This document shows, piece by piece, positions 38,735-48,062 of a stretch of DNA of 64,000 nucleotides. The translations under genes and the position numbers were made by a program. The DNA is from a bacterium (lineage in GTDB: Bacteria; UBA10199; 2-02-FULL-50-16; JAJFLM01). The notes under the pieces were generated by a model. It ran no database searches and had not been told where the DNA came from. It was given only the letters and a program-made list of their open reading frames with translations. The DNA is taken from assembly GCA_965216315.1 (NCBI GenBank), contig CBDCFN010000016.1:1888001-1952000 (forward strand), read 5' to 3'. Position 1 is the stretch's first letter. Each line of letters opens with the position of its first letter.

Positions 38735-39024
38735 TGAACGTCATCAAAGCCATACGTTGGTTGTTACTCCTCGGGGTTGGATTTTTTTTAGCATATGGTG
38801 GGTTAACATTGCCGTTGCGAGGCGATCCGGATGCGCCTGCGTCTCAACATGTTTCGCCGCGCTACATTGAACGCAGTCTCGAAGAAACGGGGACGCCCAA
38901 TATAGTCACTGCTGTACTCGCCGACTATAGAAGCTTCGATACTCTTGGCGAAACGCTGGTTATTTTTACGGCAGGCATGGCCTGCTTCTTTGTCATGCGT
39001 TCCCGCAAGCGAGAAGAGACATGA
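38734..39024 (+). CDS. antiporter subunit, MbhE-like (split MrpA C-terminal part)
   Basis: NIVTAVLADYRSFDTLGE motif. Confidence 0.85.
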   Translation: MNVIKAIRWLLLLGVGFFLAYGGLTLPLRGDPDAPASQHVSPRYIERSLEETGTPNIVTAVLADYRSFDTLGETLVIFTAGMACFFVMRSRKREET

Positions 39025-39455
39025 AAACAGAATCACATAGCGTCATCATTCAAGGGGTAACACGCTTTATTATTCCCTTTCTCCAGATTTTCGGCCTCTA
39101 TATCATTTTTCATGGCCATTATAGCCCAGGCGGCGGCTTTCAAGGCGGCGCGATGCTTGCTGCAAGCATTTTGTTGGAACGCCTAGTCTTCGGCAGAGAG
39201 GCCACCATGAAACTATTCCCGATTAAAGTGGGGATTCCTCTCGGTATTATCGGATTGATTATCTTTGCTGGCGTCGGCGCATTCGGTCTTGATGCAACGC
39301 ATTCCTTTCTTGATTACGCCGCTCTCCCCCTTAAGGTTGGTGCCGCTGAATTGCGAGCCTTCGGCATTTTATTTGTCGAAATTGGCGTCGCATTAGCAGT
39401 ACTTGGCACTCTGGTTGCCGTCTATGATCAGCTGATGGAAGGGGGAGAATCTTAA
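39021..39455 (+). CDS. mnhB: Na+/H+ antiporter subunit B
   Basis: HGHYSPGGGFQGG motif. Confidence 0.9.
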   Translation: MKTESHSVIIQGVTRFIIPFLQIFGLYIIFHGHYSPGGGFQGGAMLAASILLERLVFGREATMKLFPIKVGIPLGIIGLIIFAGVGAFGLDATHSFLDYAALPLKVGAAELRAFGILFVEIGVALAVLGTLVAVYDQLMEGGES

Positions 39456-39835
39456 TGGAATTCAGTTTTGACGTCTTTATAGGACGCTTTCCTTATTTCG
39501 CCACGATGATTCTTTTCTTAATTGGGCTTTTTGGGCTTTTCTTTAAGCAAAATCTTATCAAGAAATTAATCGGCATGAACATCATGCAAGCTGCCGTCAT
39601 ATTGTTCTTTATTGTCCATTCATATAAATGGGGCGCATCAGTGCCTATTCGCACTACGGAACTTGGGAATCTCGCAACTCAATATGTAAACCCCATTCCG
39701 CATGCTCTGATGTTAACAGCCATTGTTGTTTCCGTTGCCACAACGGGAGTCGCACTCAGCTTGATTATCAAAATTTACCAAAAATATCAGTGTCTCGATG
39801 AAACCGAGATCATCGAGACCAAGGAGAGCACGTGA
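39455..39835 (+). CDS. mnhC: Na+/H+ antiporter subunit C
   Basis: NLIKKLIG and NPIPHALMLTAIVV motifs. Confidence 0.9.
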   Translation: MEFSFDVFIGRFPYFATMILFLIGLFGLFFKQNLIKKLIGMNIMQAAVILFFIVHSYKWGASVPIRTTELGNLATQYVNPIPHALMLTAIVVSVATTGVALSLIIKIYQKYQCLDETEIIETKEST

Positions 39836-41310
39836 ACGCTCACGCACCCATTCTCATCTTATTGATTCCACTGTTTGGAGCACTCATAAGTCAGGGCCTG
39901 GGTCTCCGTTGGCCGCGGGCCAGTGCCGTGACGGCCGTGAGCGCCAATGCAATGCTACTTATTGTCAGTCTCATCGCCCTGCTCACCTCGTTAAATAGTA
40001 ACCCGTTTCATTATGCATTGGGCAGCTGGGTGGCACCTTATGGGATTGAACTGATCTTAGACCCGCTTTCTGCGTTCATCAGCGCCGTAATCGGCTTTAT
40101 TGCTTTAACTGTGTTGAGTTATGGAGCTTCTATCATTAAACAGCAGTTTCCTGAACGCCGCTCTTCCTTTTATTGTCTCGCCCTCATCTTAGAAATGGGC
40201 CTACTTGGCATGGTCATGACCGGTGACTTGTTTAATCTGTATGTGTTCCTAGAAATTTCCTCATTAGCCGCTTATGCGTTGATGGCCGTTGGCAATTCCC
40301 GCGCACCCCTGTCGGCACTACGCTACCTTTTTCTCGGCACGATCGGAGCTTCCTTTTATCTATTAGGATTGGGGTTTCTTTACGTCAGCACCGGGTCTCT
40401 CAACATGGCAGACGTCACCCTCATTATCAGCCAACTCAACCTCTCCCCTCCGTTGCTCGTCGCCCTAACATTGATGATCACCGGTTTTGCGATGAAAATG
40501 GCCCTCTTTCCCATGCACGGTTGGTTGCCCAATGCGTATACCTATGCCTCGGCAGCGGCCACAGCCTTGATTGCGCCGCTTATGACCAAAGTCAGTGCCT
40601 ATGTCATTATTCGCCTAACGTTTTTCCTCTTCAGCACCGCGCCTGAGGGCGTTATCCATCCCGTCACGACGACAATTGCGTGGCTTTCCTGTGGAGGCAT
40701 ACTGATCGGTTCTATCATGGCGATGGCACAAAAAGATCTAAAACGCATGCTCGCTTACTCTAGCGTCAGTCAGATTGCTTATATTGGCCTCGGTATCGGG
40801 ATGGCGTCTCCGTTAGGCCTCATCGGAGCTCTCCTGCATATCCTCAACCATGCTCTCATGAAGGCCTGTCTCTTTATGGGTTCCGGTGCGGTGGAGTCGA
40901 CGCATGGAGGCACAAGTGTCGCCGGTCTGCGCGGCATCGGACGCCGCATGCCGTGGACCGGAGCCGCTATCACCACCGCTTGTCTTGCAATGGTCGGCGT
41001 GCCGCCCACAGTCGGTTTTTTTAGCAAGTGGTACCTAGTGCGCGCCGCCTTGGATGCGAATCAATGGATCTTTGCCGCCGTCGTGCTGACAAGCAGTCTC
41101 CTAACGGCTGTTTATATGTTTCGCGTCATCGAATTACTCTATCTCAAAGAAATCGATGATACCTCTAAATATACGGCCAAGCCGCCGAAAGAAGCCCCGT
41201 GGTTGATGCGATTACCGACCTTCATCATCGCCATCTTTATCCTCTTGTCCGGTCTAGCGAGCTCATGGCTCGTATCCGAAGTGCTCCACAAGGTGGTCGC
41301 CCATGTTTGA
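39832..41310 (+). CDS. mnhD: Na+/H+ antiporter subunit D family (complex I membrane-type)
   Basis: GDLFNLYVFLE, FPMHGWLP, KRMLAYSS and NHALMK motifs. Confidence 0.9.
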   Translation: MNAHAPILILLIPLFGALISQGLGLRWPRASAVTAVSANAMLLIVSLIALLTSLNSNPFHYALGSWVAPYGIELILDPLSAFISAVIGFIALTVLSYGASIIKQQFPERRSSFYCLALILEMGLLGMVMTGDLFNLYVFLEISSLAAYALMAVGNSRAPLSALRYLFLGTIGASFYLLGLGFLYVSTGSLNMADVTLIISQLNLSPPLLVALTLMITGFAMKMALFPMHGWLPNAYTYASAAATALIAPLMTKVSAYVIIRLTFFLFSTAPEGVIHPVTTTIAWLSCGGILIGSIMAMAQKDLKRMLAYSSVSQIAYIGLGIGMASPLGLIGALLHILNHALMKACLFMGSGAVESTHGGTSVAGLRGIGRRMPWTGAAITTACLAMVGVPPTVGFFSKWYLVRAALDANQWIFAAVVLTSSLLTAVYMFRVIELLYLKEIDDTSKYTAKPPKEAPWLMRLPTFIIAIFILLSGLASSWLVSEVLHKVVAHV

Positions 41311-42796
41311 GCTTCATGCCTGGCAACCTATTAGCGCGATGCTCGTCTCTTTGGCCGCCATCCCGCTTATTTTGCTCAGTCGAAGTCGCCCGAATCTGAG
41401 AGAATTTTGGACCTTATTAGCGGCCATTACCAAATTTTTAATCATCATTTCCATGCTACCCGCCGTATGGCGCGGGGAAACTCTTATATTACGTCTCATT
41501 GAGATTATTCCACATCTCCATTTAAGTTTCAGGGTCGATACGATGGGTGTCTTTTTCGCCTTGGTCGCCTCCAGCCTGTGGCTCGTCACGTCATTCTATT
41601 CCATCGGCTATATGCGCGGCGTGCAGGCCATGAAACAAACGCGTTATTTTGCAAGCTTTGCCCTGTGTCTTTCCTCGACAATCGGTATCGCTTTGGCTGG
41701 AGATTTACTGACCTTTCTCATTTGTTATGAAGTCCTGACCATTGCCACCTACCCGCTCGTCGTCCACAACGAAACCGAACAGGCAATTCGATCCGGGCGC
41801 AAATATTTGGTTTATACTTTGTCGGCCGGTGTTCTTTTAATCCTCGGGGTAATCTGGACGTATCAGCTGAGTGGCACCCTCACGTTTCAAGCCGGTGGCT
41901 TTCTGCAGAGCTCCTTGGCAAGCACACGTGAATTGTGGTGGCTCTTCATTATTTTTATCTCTGCGGCCGGCGTCAAAGCGGGCTTGATGCCTTTGCACAG
42001 CTGGTTGCCGGCAGCCATGGTTGCACCGACACCCGTGAGCGCGCTCCTCCATGCAGTCGCCGTGGTTAAGGCCGGCGTCTTTGCCATTTTACGCATTGTC
42101 GGCTTTGTATTCGGGCCGCACTTGCTCGAAGAAATCGGCGCCTGGAATCTACTGGCCTGGATAGCCGGCTTGACCCTGGTGATCGCATCACTCATCGCCT
42201 ACCGTCAGGAAGAACTGAAACGGAGACTCGCCTATTCAACGATCGCGCACTTAAGTTATATTGTACTGGGTGCGGCGCTACTAGGTTCCAGTGCGTGGCA
42301 AGGTTCACTATTACATCTCGTCAATCACGCGACTCTAAAAATTACGCTCTTTTTCGTCGCCGGTGCAATTTATGTTCAAACCCGGAAACAAAACATTTCA
42401 GAACTGAATGGCATTGGTCGCCAAATGCCCATCACCATGGGCGCCTTCTTATTGGCATCACTCGGACTCGCCGGCGTACCACCGATTAGTGGGTTTATCA
42501 GTAAATGGTACCTCGCCACTGGCAGTCTGGAACAAAATGAACCCATCTTTTTTGTCATGCTCTTGCTTGCGGGCCTGTTATGCGGCGGCTATCTGATACC
42601 GATTGCCTTTCGAGCCTTTTTCCGCACACCGACTGACGGGCCCAAAAAATTCAAAGAAGCTCCGGCCCTCATGGTGGTTCCACTGTGCATCACCGCACTC
42701 ATCTCACTGGTATTAGGTATTTTTCCCAATAGCTTAGGGCATTTGTTTGAGATGGCGGGTCATGTGGCCACGAGCGTCGCCGGAGTGAACCTATGA
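41303..42796 (+). CDS. Na+/H+ antiporter subunit D family, second copy
   Basis: PLHSWLPAAMVAPTPVSALLHAV and KRRLAYST motifs. Confidence 0.88.
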   Translation: MFELHAWQPISAMLVSLAAIPLILLSRSRPNLREFWTLLAAITKFLIIISMLPAVWRGETLILRLIEIIPHLHLSFRVDTMGVFFALVASSLWLVTSFYSIGYMRGVQAMKQTRYFASFALCLSSTIGIALAGDLLTFLICYEVLTIATYPLVVHNETEQAIRSGRKYLVYTLSAGVLLILGVIWTYQLSGTLTFQAGGFLQSSLASTRELWWLFIIFISAAGVKAGLMPLHSWLPAAMVAPTPVSALLHAVAVVKAGVFAILRIVGFVFGPHLLEEIGAWNLLAWIAGLTLVIASLIAYRQEELKRRLAYSTIAHLSYIVLGAALLGSSAWQGSLLHLVNHATLKITLFFVAGAIYVQTRKQNISELNGIGRQMPITMGAFLLASLGLAGVPPISGFISKWYLATGSLEQNEPIFFVMLLLAGLLCGGYLIPIAFRAFFRTPTDGPKKFKEAPALMVVPLCITALISLVLGIFPNSLGHLFEMAGHVATSVAGVNL

Positions 42797-42999
42797 AAAT
42801 CTTATTCATTATACTCTGCGCACTGGGGCTTTTTGCCATCGCCGATATTGTCCTGCCTCTTAAGCACCATACTGGCGCCTTTTGGCAGAATATCCCGGGT
42901 GGTTATGCTTTACTGGGAGTCATCGGCTGCATCGCCTTAATTATCATCGCCAAGGCACTCGCCGGTCTGGGCATTCAACGGGAAGGAGAAAACGACTGA
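42793..42999 (+). CDS. small 2-TM membrane protein of the antiporter operon
   Basis: Translationally coupled on both sides; IPGGYALLG motif. Confidence 0.7.
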   Translation: MKILFIILCALGLFAIADIVLPLKHHTGAFWQNIPGGYALLGVIGCIALIIIAKALAGLGIQREGEND

Positions 43000-44732
43000 T
43001 GTTGTGGCCGCCTTTTCTTCCCCTCGTCATCGCCGCATTGGGCTGCCTTGTCTTGCCACGCAAGATGAGTGCCCTCTTAATTCCCGCAGCCGCCGCTACG
43101 ACATTACTGGCAATCTATCAGTTACCCACGGGTGATCACTTGAACTGGGCCTTCTTAGAGTATGAGCTCCATCCGCTCAAGGTCGATAATCTGAGCCGCA
43201 TTTTTGGTCTCATCTTCGCCCTTATCACCGCCATCGGTGGCATTTATGCGCTCGACTTGTTTTCTAAGCTCGAACAGATTGCGGCGCTTTTATATGCCGC
43301 CGGCGCCCTCGCCGTTACCTTTGCCGGTGACACCATCACCCTCTACTTCGGCTGGGAGATGATGGCCGTGGCCTCATTCTTTTTAATAGCGGCACGCAAA
43401 AAAAACCGCAGCCGCCGCGCCGCGGTTCGTTATTTTTTCGTTCATCTGGCCGGTGGGGTTCTCCTCGTTGCGGGTATCTTAATCGAACTCCATGCCACAC
43501 AGAGCATACTCCTTAACAGCTTCACAACAGAATCAGCAGGAATTGGCGCTTGGTTAATTCTCGCAGGGATCGCCGTCAATGCCGCGATTGTCCCCTTGCA
43601 TGCGTGGTTGCCGGATGCCTATCCGAAAGCAACGATCGGAGGCGCCGTCCTCCTTTCCGCCTTAACGACAAAGACCGCGGTCTATGCACTGGCACGGCTT
43701 TTTCCAGGATGGGAGCTTTTAATCGTCCTCGGTATCATCATGGCTCTCTATGGCGTTATCTTTGCCTTCCTCGCCGACGACATCCGGCTCGTGCTCGCCT
43801 ATCACATCGTAAGCCAAGTGGGATTCATGGTCGCCGGTATTGGACTCGGCAGCGAAATGGCGATCAATGGTGCGGTTGCGCATGCTTTTTGTCACATTCT
43901 TTATAAGGCGCTTTTGTTTATGGCCACCGGCTCCGTACTTTACGCCACCGGCAAATCACGGCTCTCGGAGTTAGGTGGGCTTTATCGGTCGCTGCGCTGG
44001 GTCTTTTTACTTTATATGGTCGGAGCCGTCTCGATTTCAGGCTGGCCCCTCTTTAACGGTTTTGTCAGCAAGTCGATGACAATTGATGCGGCCGGAGAAC
44101 TCCATCACTACACTGCTGTTACCTTACTTTACATTGCCAGCGTCGGAACTTTCTTATCCGTCGGACTTAAGTTGCCCTACTTTGCATGGTTTTCTAAACC
44201 ACTCCGGTCGCAGCCTGAGGCGTCCCGACAAAAACCTATTTCACCAAGCATGTATATAGGTATGGGGATTACAGCTCTTTTTTGCATCGTATTAGGCGTC
44301 TACCCCGACCTTTTATATCGCGCCCTGCCATATCCGGTTCACTACAAGCCCTACACGCTTGCGCACGTACTTCATGCGTGTGCCTATCTGATTGGAACCG
44401 GGCTCGCCTTCGCGCTCTATTTACCCAAAATTAAGATGAAATGGACTTACTTAATCGACACGGATTGGTTTTATCGACGACCTACAGCTTTGTATCGCGT
44501 TGTATTCGTAGATGTCCCCGCTAATTTCTTTGGCTGGGTCGAACGGTGCATTCTGCAGTTGGTCAGCGTGCTTACCTCCCTAAGCCGTAATCCGAGTCTT
44601 GCCTTCAAGACCATGGGCAAACCAAACAAAGACTATGACCCCGAACGGCAACGCCTTCCCTTAGCTTGGACGGTTTCGGCTATCTTGGGAACCACCCTTT
44701 TTCTGGGTCTCTGGCTGTTATTAGCCGGCTAG
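42999..44732 (+). CDS. Na+/H+ antiporter subunit D family, third copy
   Basis: PLHAWLPDAYP, TTKTAVY, LAYHIVSQVG and HILYKALLFM motifs; GGAG SD and TGATG overlap at 42999. Confidence 0.88.
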   Translation: MLWPPFLPLVIAALGCLVLPRKMSALLIPAAAATTLLAIYQLPTGDHLNWAFLEYELHPLKVDNLSRIFGLIFALITAIGGIYALDLFSKLEQIAALLYAAGALAVTFAGDTITLYFGWEMMAVASFFLIAARKKNRSRRAAVRYFFVHLAGGVLLVAGILIELHATQSILLNSFTTESAGIGAWLILAGIAVNAAIVPLHAWLPDAYPKATIGGAVLLSALTTKTAVYALARLFPGWELLIVLGIIMALYGVIFAFLADDIRLVLAYHIVSQVGFMVAGIGLGSEMAINGAVAHAFCHILYKALLFMATGSVLYATGKSRLSELGGLYRSLRWVFLLYMVGAVSISGWPLFNGFVSKSMTIDAAGELHHYTAVTLLYIASVGTFLSVGLKLPYFAWFSKPLRSQPEASRQKPISPSMYIGMGITALFCIVLGVYPDLLYRALPYPVHYKPYTLAHVLHACAYLIGTGLAFALYLPKIKMKWTYLIDTDWFYRRPTALYRVVFVDVPANFFGWVERCILQLVSVLTSLSRNPSLAFKTMGKPNKDYDPERQRLPLAWTVSAILGTTLFLGLWLLLAG

Positions 44733-45199
44733 GCGGCAAAGGAAAGATCCAGCTGGCGCGATACTTTGACGGGCGCCGGGCCTTCCAAATGGGGTGCCGC
44801 ACTCATCAGCTTCTTGAGATTGGCCGCCATCCAGCGTTCCGCTTCCCAATAATGGTGGTACTCCCGCTCCCTGCGCTTGAACTCGGCAGTATGGGCGATA
44901 CGGCGGCCGTTGACCTGTTCATAGGGGCACACCTGATGGCACATCTCGTGATGCATCACGGCCTCAACGACATAGAGCGGGACCCAGGCCTGGTCGAGGA
45001 CGGGGTGAATCCGAATGAGGCGCTCCTTATAATAGTAGGTCCCAAATTCCCGCGACCGCCGTGACTTCTGACCGCGTCCCTTGCCCCATTCGACCCGCGC
45101 CTTGACCTCACCGCCAAAGTAGAGGCCATTGAGACGTTTAAAGAACTTACGGAGGTTATAGATGCGGCCGGCTGCCGAGTTACGCTTGCTTTTTGGCAT
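44729..45199 (-). CDS. SprT/YgjP-like zinc metallopeptidase domain protein
   Basis: IRIHPVLD, HHEMCH and HTAEF motifs; basic protein. Confidence 0.75.
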   Translation of the reverse strand: MPKSKRNSAAGRIYNLRKFFKRLNGLYFGGEVKARVEWGKGRGQKSRRSREFGTYYYKERLIRIHPVLDQAWVPLYVVEAVMHHEMCHQVCPYEQVNGRRIAHTAEFKRREREYHHYWEAERWMAANLKKLMSAAPHLEGPAPVKVSRQLDLSFAA

Positions 45200-45213
45200 G
45201 TTTCTTTATGTAA

Positions 45214-45732
45214 ATGGAATTTCAAGAGATGGCAAGCATGACACTAACCCCCCGCACCATGAAATGGGCCCTCAACCTCTATCCGCCGTATCTCTTCAGC
45301 GGCATCCGCATCAAGTATATCGCCCCGGATTGGAAAGAAATGATCGTCCAAGTGCGCAAAAGCCTGCTCAACCGCAACTATGTCGGGACGATCTTTGGGG
45401 GCACGATGTATTCCGCCGCCGATCCGATGTTTATGCTCATGCTCATCAAGATCATGGGGATTAAAGACTATATTATTTGGGACAAAGGAGCTGAGATCGA
45501 TTTCAAGAAACCTGGGCGGAGTCACCTGACGTACCACTTTGTCGTCAAGGATGCGGTAATCCGCGACATCAAGACACAACTCGAAACCGCGGAAAAACTG
45601 GTGCCGACTTTTTTAGTCAACGGCGTCGACAAAGAAGGCGGTATTTGCGTGACCATCCGTAAGACCGTCTACATCCGCAAAAAGAAGCCCGATCACGTCA
45701 GTCTCATCCACGAAGAGAAAACACCCGTTTAA
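45214..45732 (+). CDS. DUF4442/PaaI-like hot-dog thioesterase
   Basis: NLYPPY, NRNYVGTIFGG and WDKGAEIDFKKPG motifs; start uncertain. Confidence 0.8.
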   Translation: MEFQEMASMTLTPRTMKWALNLYPPYLFSGIRIKYIAPDWKEMIVQVRKSLLNRNYVGTIFGGTMYSAADPMFMLMLIKIMGIKDYIIWDKGAEIDFKKPGRSHLTYHFVVKDAVIRDIKTQLETAEKLVPTFLVNGVDKEGGICVTIRKTVYIRKKKPDHVSLIHEEKTPV

Positions 45733-46646
45733 AGATGAGGCACATCGACGCCTCTTACGTCCGGCGGCGTCGCCGGAGCCTGTTGCAGCTTCCTCTCTTG
45801 AGGAGGACAGCTTAAGCACTCAGGTCCTGGACGCGGCCCAGGGAAGGGATCAGGCGGCATCTTCTCAATGAGATGGATCTCCCCCTTGAACTTATCGATG
45901 ACTGAAGGCCCGTCGTCGTCTAAATCGCAGGCATCTCCCTTGGCATCCCCGTCGCTGTTTAGCTGATCGGCATTGGCTATCGATTTGCAATTATCGACAT
46001 TGTCGAGCACGCCGTCGCCGTCCGTGTCGTCACAGGCATCGCCCTCACCGTCGTCGTTCCAATCATCTTGGCCCGCATTTGCAACAGCCGGACAGTTGTC
46101 GCACACATCACCGGCATTATCGCCATCACCATCGGCCTGATCGGTATTTGCCACGGCCTGACAATTGTCATCCATATTATTAATGCCATCGCTGTCGTCA
46201 TCATCCTCACCGGCATCACAAATACCGTTGCCATCCGTATCGACGCCATCATTGGCCGGATCACTCGGACCGTTGGTGCAATCATCACAGGTATCTCCAT
46301 CCGAGTCGCCGCAACTGGCGCTATCCGTGGGACTCGGATCCAGTGCATCACCTACGCCGTCGTTGTCGTCATCTGCATCACAGACGTCACCGCTCCCATC
46401 ACCATCGGTATCCAACTGATCCGCATTGGAGTTGCCAATACAGTTATCGGAGCTATCCGGAACGCCATCGCCGTCAAAGTCGGGCAGATCAGGCCCTGCT
46501 CCCTCCGAGGGAATTGTCCCGTCTCCACCAGCGTCACCGATTTCAGGGGTTAAGATATCAGGGGTGTCTCCAGAGTCAGCGCCTTGATTGGCACCGGAAC
46601 AGGCTGCGAGAAAAAAGATAGAAAAAATAATTAAAGAGCGTTTCAT
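45729..46646 (-). CDS. lipoprotein with thrombospondin type-3 (Ca-binding) repeats
   Basis: GGAGG SD, lipobox LAAC, repeated DGDG..D..DNC...N.DQ.D.DGDG.GD.CD units. Confidence 0.88.
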   Translation of the reverse strand: MKRSLIIFSIFFLAACSGANQGADSGDTPDILTPEIGDAGGDGTIPSEGAGPDLPDFDGDGVPDSSDNCIGNSNADQLDTDGDGSGDVCDADDDNDGVGDALDPSPTDSASCGDSDGDTCDDCTNGPSDPANDGVDTDGNGICDAGEDDDDSDGINNMDDNCQAVANTDQADGDGDNAGDVCDNCPAVANAGQDDWNDDGEGDACDDTDGDGVLDNVDNCKSIANADQLNSDGDAKGDACDLDDDGPSVIDKFKGEIHLIEKMPPDPFPGPRPGPECLSCPPQERKLQQAPATPPDVRGVDVPHL

Positions 46647-46701
46647 AGGATCACTACCTCCATACAAAGGATTACAATTCACCCAGACACTCCAATATTA
46701 G

Positions 46702-46731
46702 TTTTCGGCGCAATCAGCCCCTTCAGTTGCG
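46702..46731 (-). promoter_or_regulatory. alternative-sigma-like promoter CGCAAC-N16-GCCGAAAA
   Basis: Minus strand CGCAACtgaaggggctgattgcGCCGAAAA, 55 nt upstream of the TSP3 lipoprotein start. Confidence 0.5.
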
Positions 46732-46793
46732 CGTCCAAGAGTGCTTTTTTCCGGCTGTTGACAATAACATACCAGAATCGTAGAGGTTTTACC

Positions 46794-47093
46794 ATGTCTC
46801 CAGCGGCTGCCAAAGTAGTAAAACCCAAGGCCAAGGCCCTTGTTCACGAGGATGCCTGTGTCGGCTGCGAATACTGCGTCCATTGGTGCCCGGTTGAGGA
46901 TTGTTTATGGCTCGAAGATCGTCCCGGTGCCGAACACGAACCACCGATCGTCAAGATCAACATTGAGACCTGTATTGGCTGCAAACAGTGCGAAGCCAAT
47001 TGTCCTTACGACGCCATTCACGTCTACAAACTCAAACCCGAAGAAGTGGAAGCGTGGATGCCGCTGCAGGGTGTCATACCAACTGAAGACTGA
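46794..47093 (+). CDS. 2x[4Fe-4S] ferredoxin
   Basis: CVGCEYCVHWCP and CIGCKQCEANCP motifs. Confidence 0.9.
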   Translation: MSPAAAKVVKPKAKALVHEDACVGCEYCVHWCPVEDCLWLEDRPGAEHEPPIVKINIETCIGCKQCEANCPYDAIHVYKLKPEEVEAWMPLQGVIPTED

Positions 47094-47095
47094 AT

Positions 47096-47728
47096 TCAAG
47101 ACTTCTTGAGCCTTCTCATCTCTGCTTCCAGCAATTGATTCGCCTGCTCCTGAGATAGTTTTTTGCGAATGCTCTCTTCTCTGACCTTGCGGACAGCTTC
47201 AAGTGCATCGACCACATCATCCTGATAAGCTCGCTGCAACAGGCGCTTTTCAGCGGCCTCACCTAATTCCAGCAATAGTAAGGCATTAACACCATCAATA
47301 CCCGATTGCCAAAATTTAAAAGCACAGAGACGATCAACAATCAGATCTTCTATAGATATTATACACAGTGACTTTTTACCGATTTTCAGAATATCATACC
47401 GCTCGGAAGGCTTCAGAGCCTCACTCGGAAATTCAATATAGATCTGCCGTTTACGATCAATATAGTCCTTGCCCAGCTTTTCAAAACCTAAACCCTCCAT
47501 CACAGATATCACTTCAGTACCTCCTGGCGTCACCATATCGATATCCGCCGTCGCGTATCCTCCTTGGGTGTAGAACTCAACAGCCGCGCCACCGACTAAG
47601 ATAGGATCTTGCCCTACCTCTCGCAGGGCCTCGGCGATGATAGCCGCAATCTGCACGGCCCGCTCTGTACGCTCTTTGCGGGTCGCTGCTTTATCTAATG
47701 CTTGCTTGAGCTCATCAATCGAAGTCAC
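47096..47728 (-). CDS. pol-beta-superfamily nucleotidyltransferase (putative toxin)
   Basis: LVGGAAV..Y..G..T.DID motif; overlaps the upstream Phd gene. Confidence 0.75.
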   Translation of the reverse strand: MTSIDELKQALDKAATRKERTERAVQIAAIIAEALREVGQDPILVGGAAVEFYTQGGYATADIDMVTPGGTEVISVMEGLGFEKLGKDYIDRKRQIYIEFPSEALKPSERYDILKIGKKSLCIISIEDLIVDRLCAFKFWQSGIDGVNALLLLELGEAAEKRLLQRAYQDDVVDALEAVRKVREESIRKKLSQEQANQLLEAEMRRLKKS

Positions 47729-48062
47729 GGAGTGCCTTTGCCTTATAAGCCTTCTGCCCCTTACGACTTAAGGAGTCCGCATCAAAGAGTCTGGCCGTCG
47801 CTTGCACAACGGCCTTGCGTTGACTGCGATCGCGCTGCCATGACTTCATCGTCAGAACACGTGTTTCCTGTGGTGCCGCCACTCTTTCAAGCAACGATAT
47901 GTATTCGCCGTAATCCATAAGCACCGCCGCAGGTCTCCCCTGATGAGTGATGACGAGACTCCGGCCGCCCTTGAGCAACCGCCTCATGAAAGCCGACAAC
48001 TTGGCCTTGACCTCCGAGAATGGTGCAAAATCAATCGTCCGAATATCCCATGCCTTTTTCAT
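47715..48062 (-). CDS. Phd/YefM-family antitoxin
   Basis: FSEVKAKLS...LVITHQGRPAAVLM motif. Confidence 0.85.
   Translation of the reverse strand: MKKAWDIRTIDFAPFSEVKAKLSAFMRRLLKGGRSLVITHQGRPAAVLMDYGEYISLLERVAAPQETRVLTMKSWQRDRSQRKAVVQATARLFDADSLSRKGQKAYKAKALRDFD

Noticed and set aside
37352..44732. Membrane-bound hydrogenase or complex I operon
   Set aside because: No NiFe, NuoB/C/D/H/I-like subunits in the cluster; only antiporter-type subunits.
45900..46480. Repetitive DNA suggesting a non-coding array
   Set aside because: Explained by Asp/Gly-rich TSP3 protein repeats on the minus strand.
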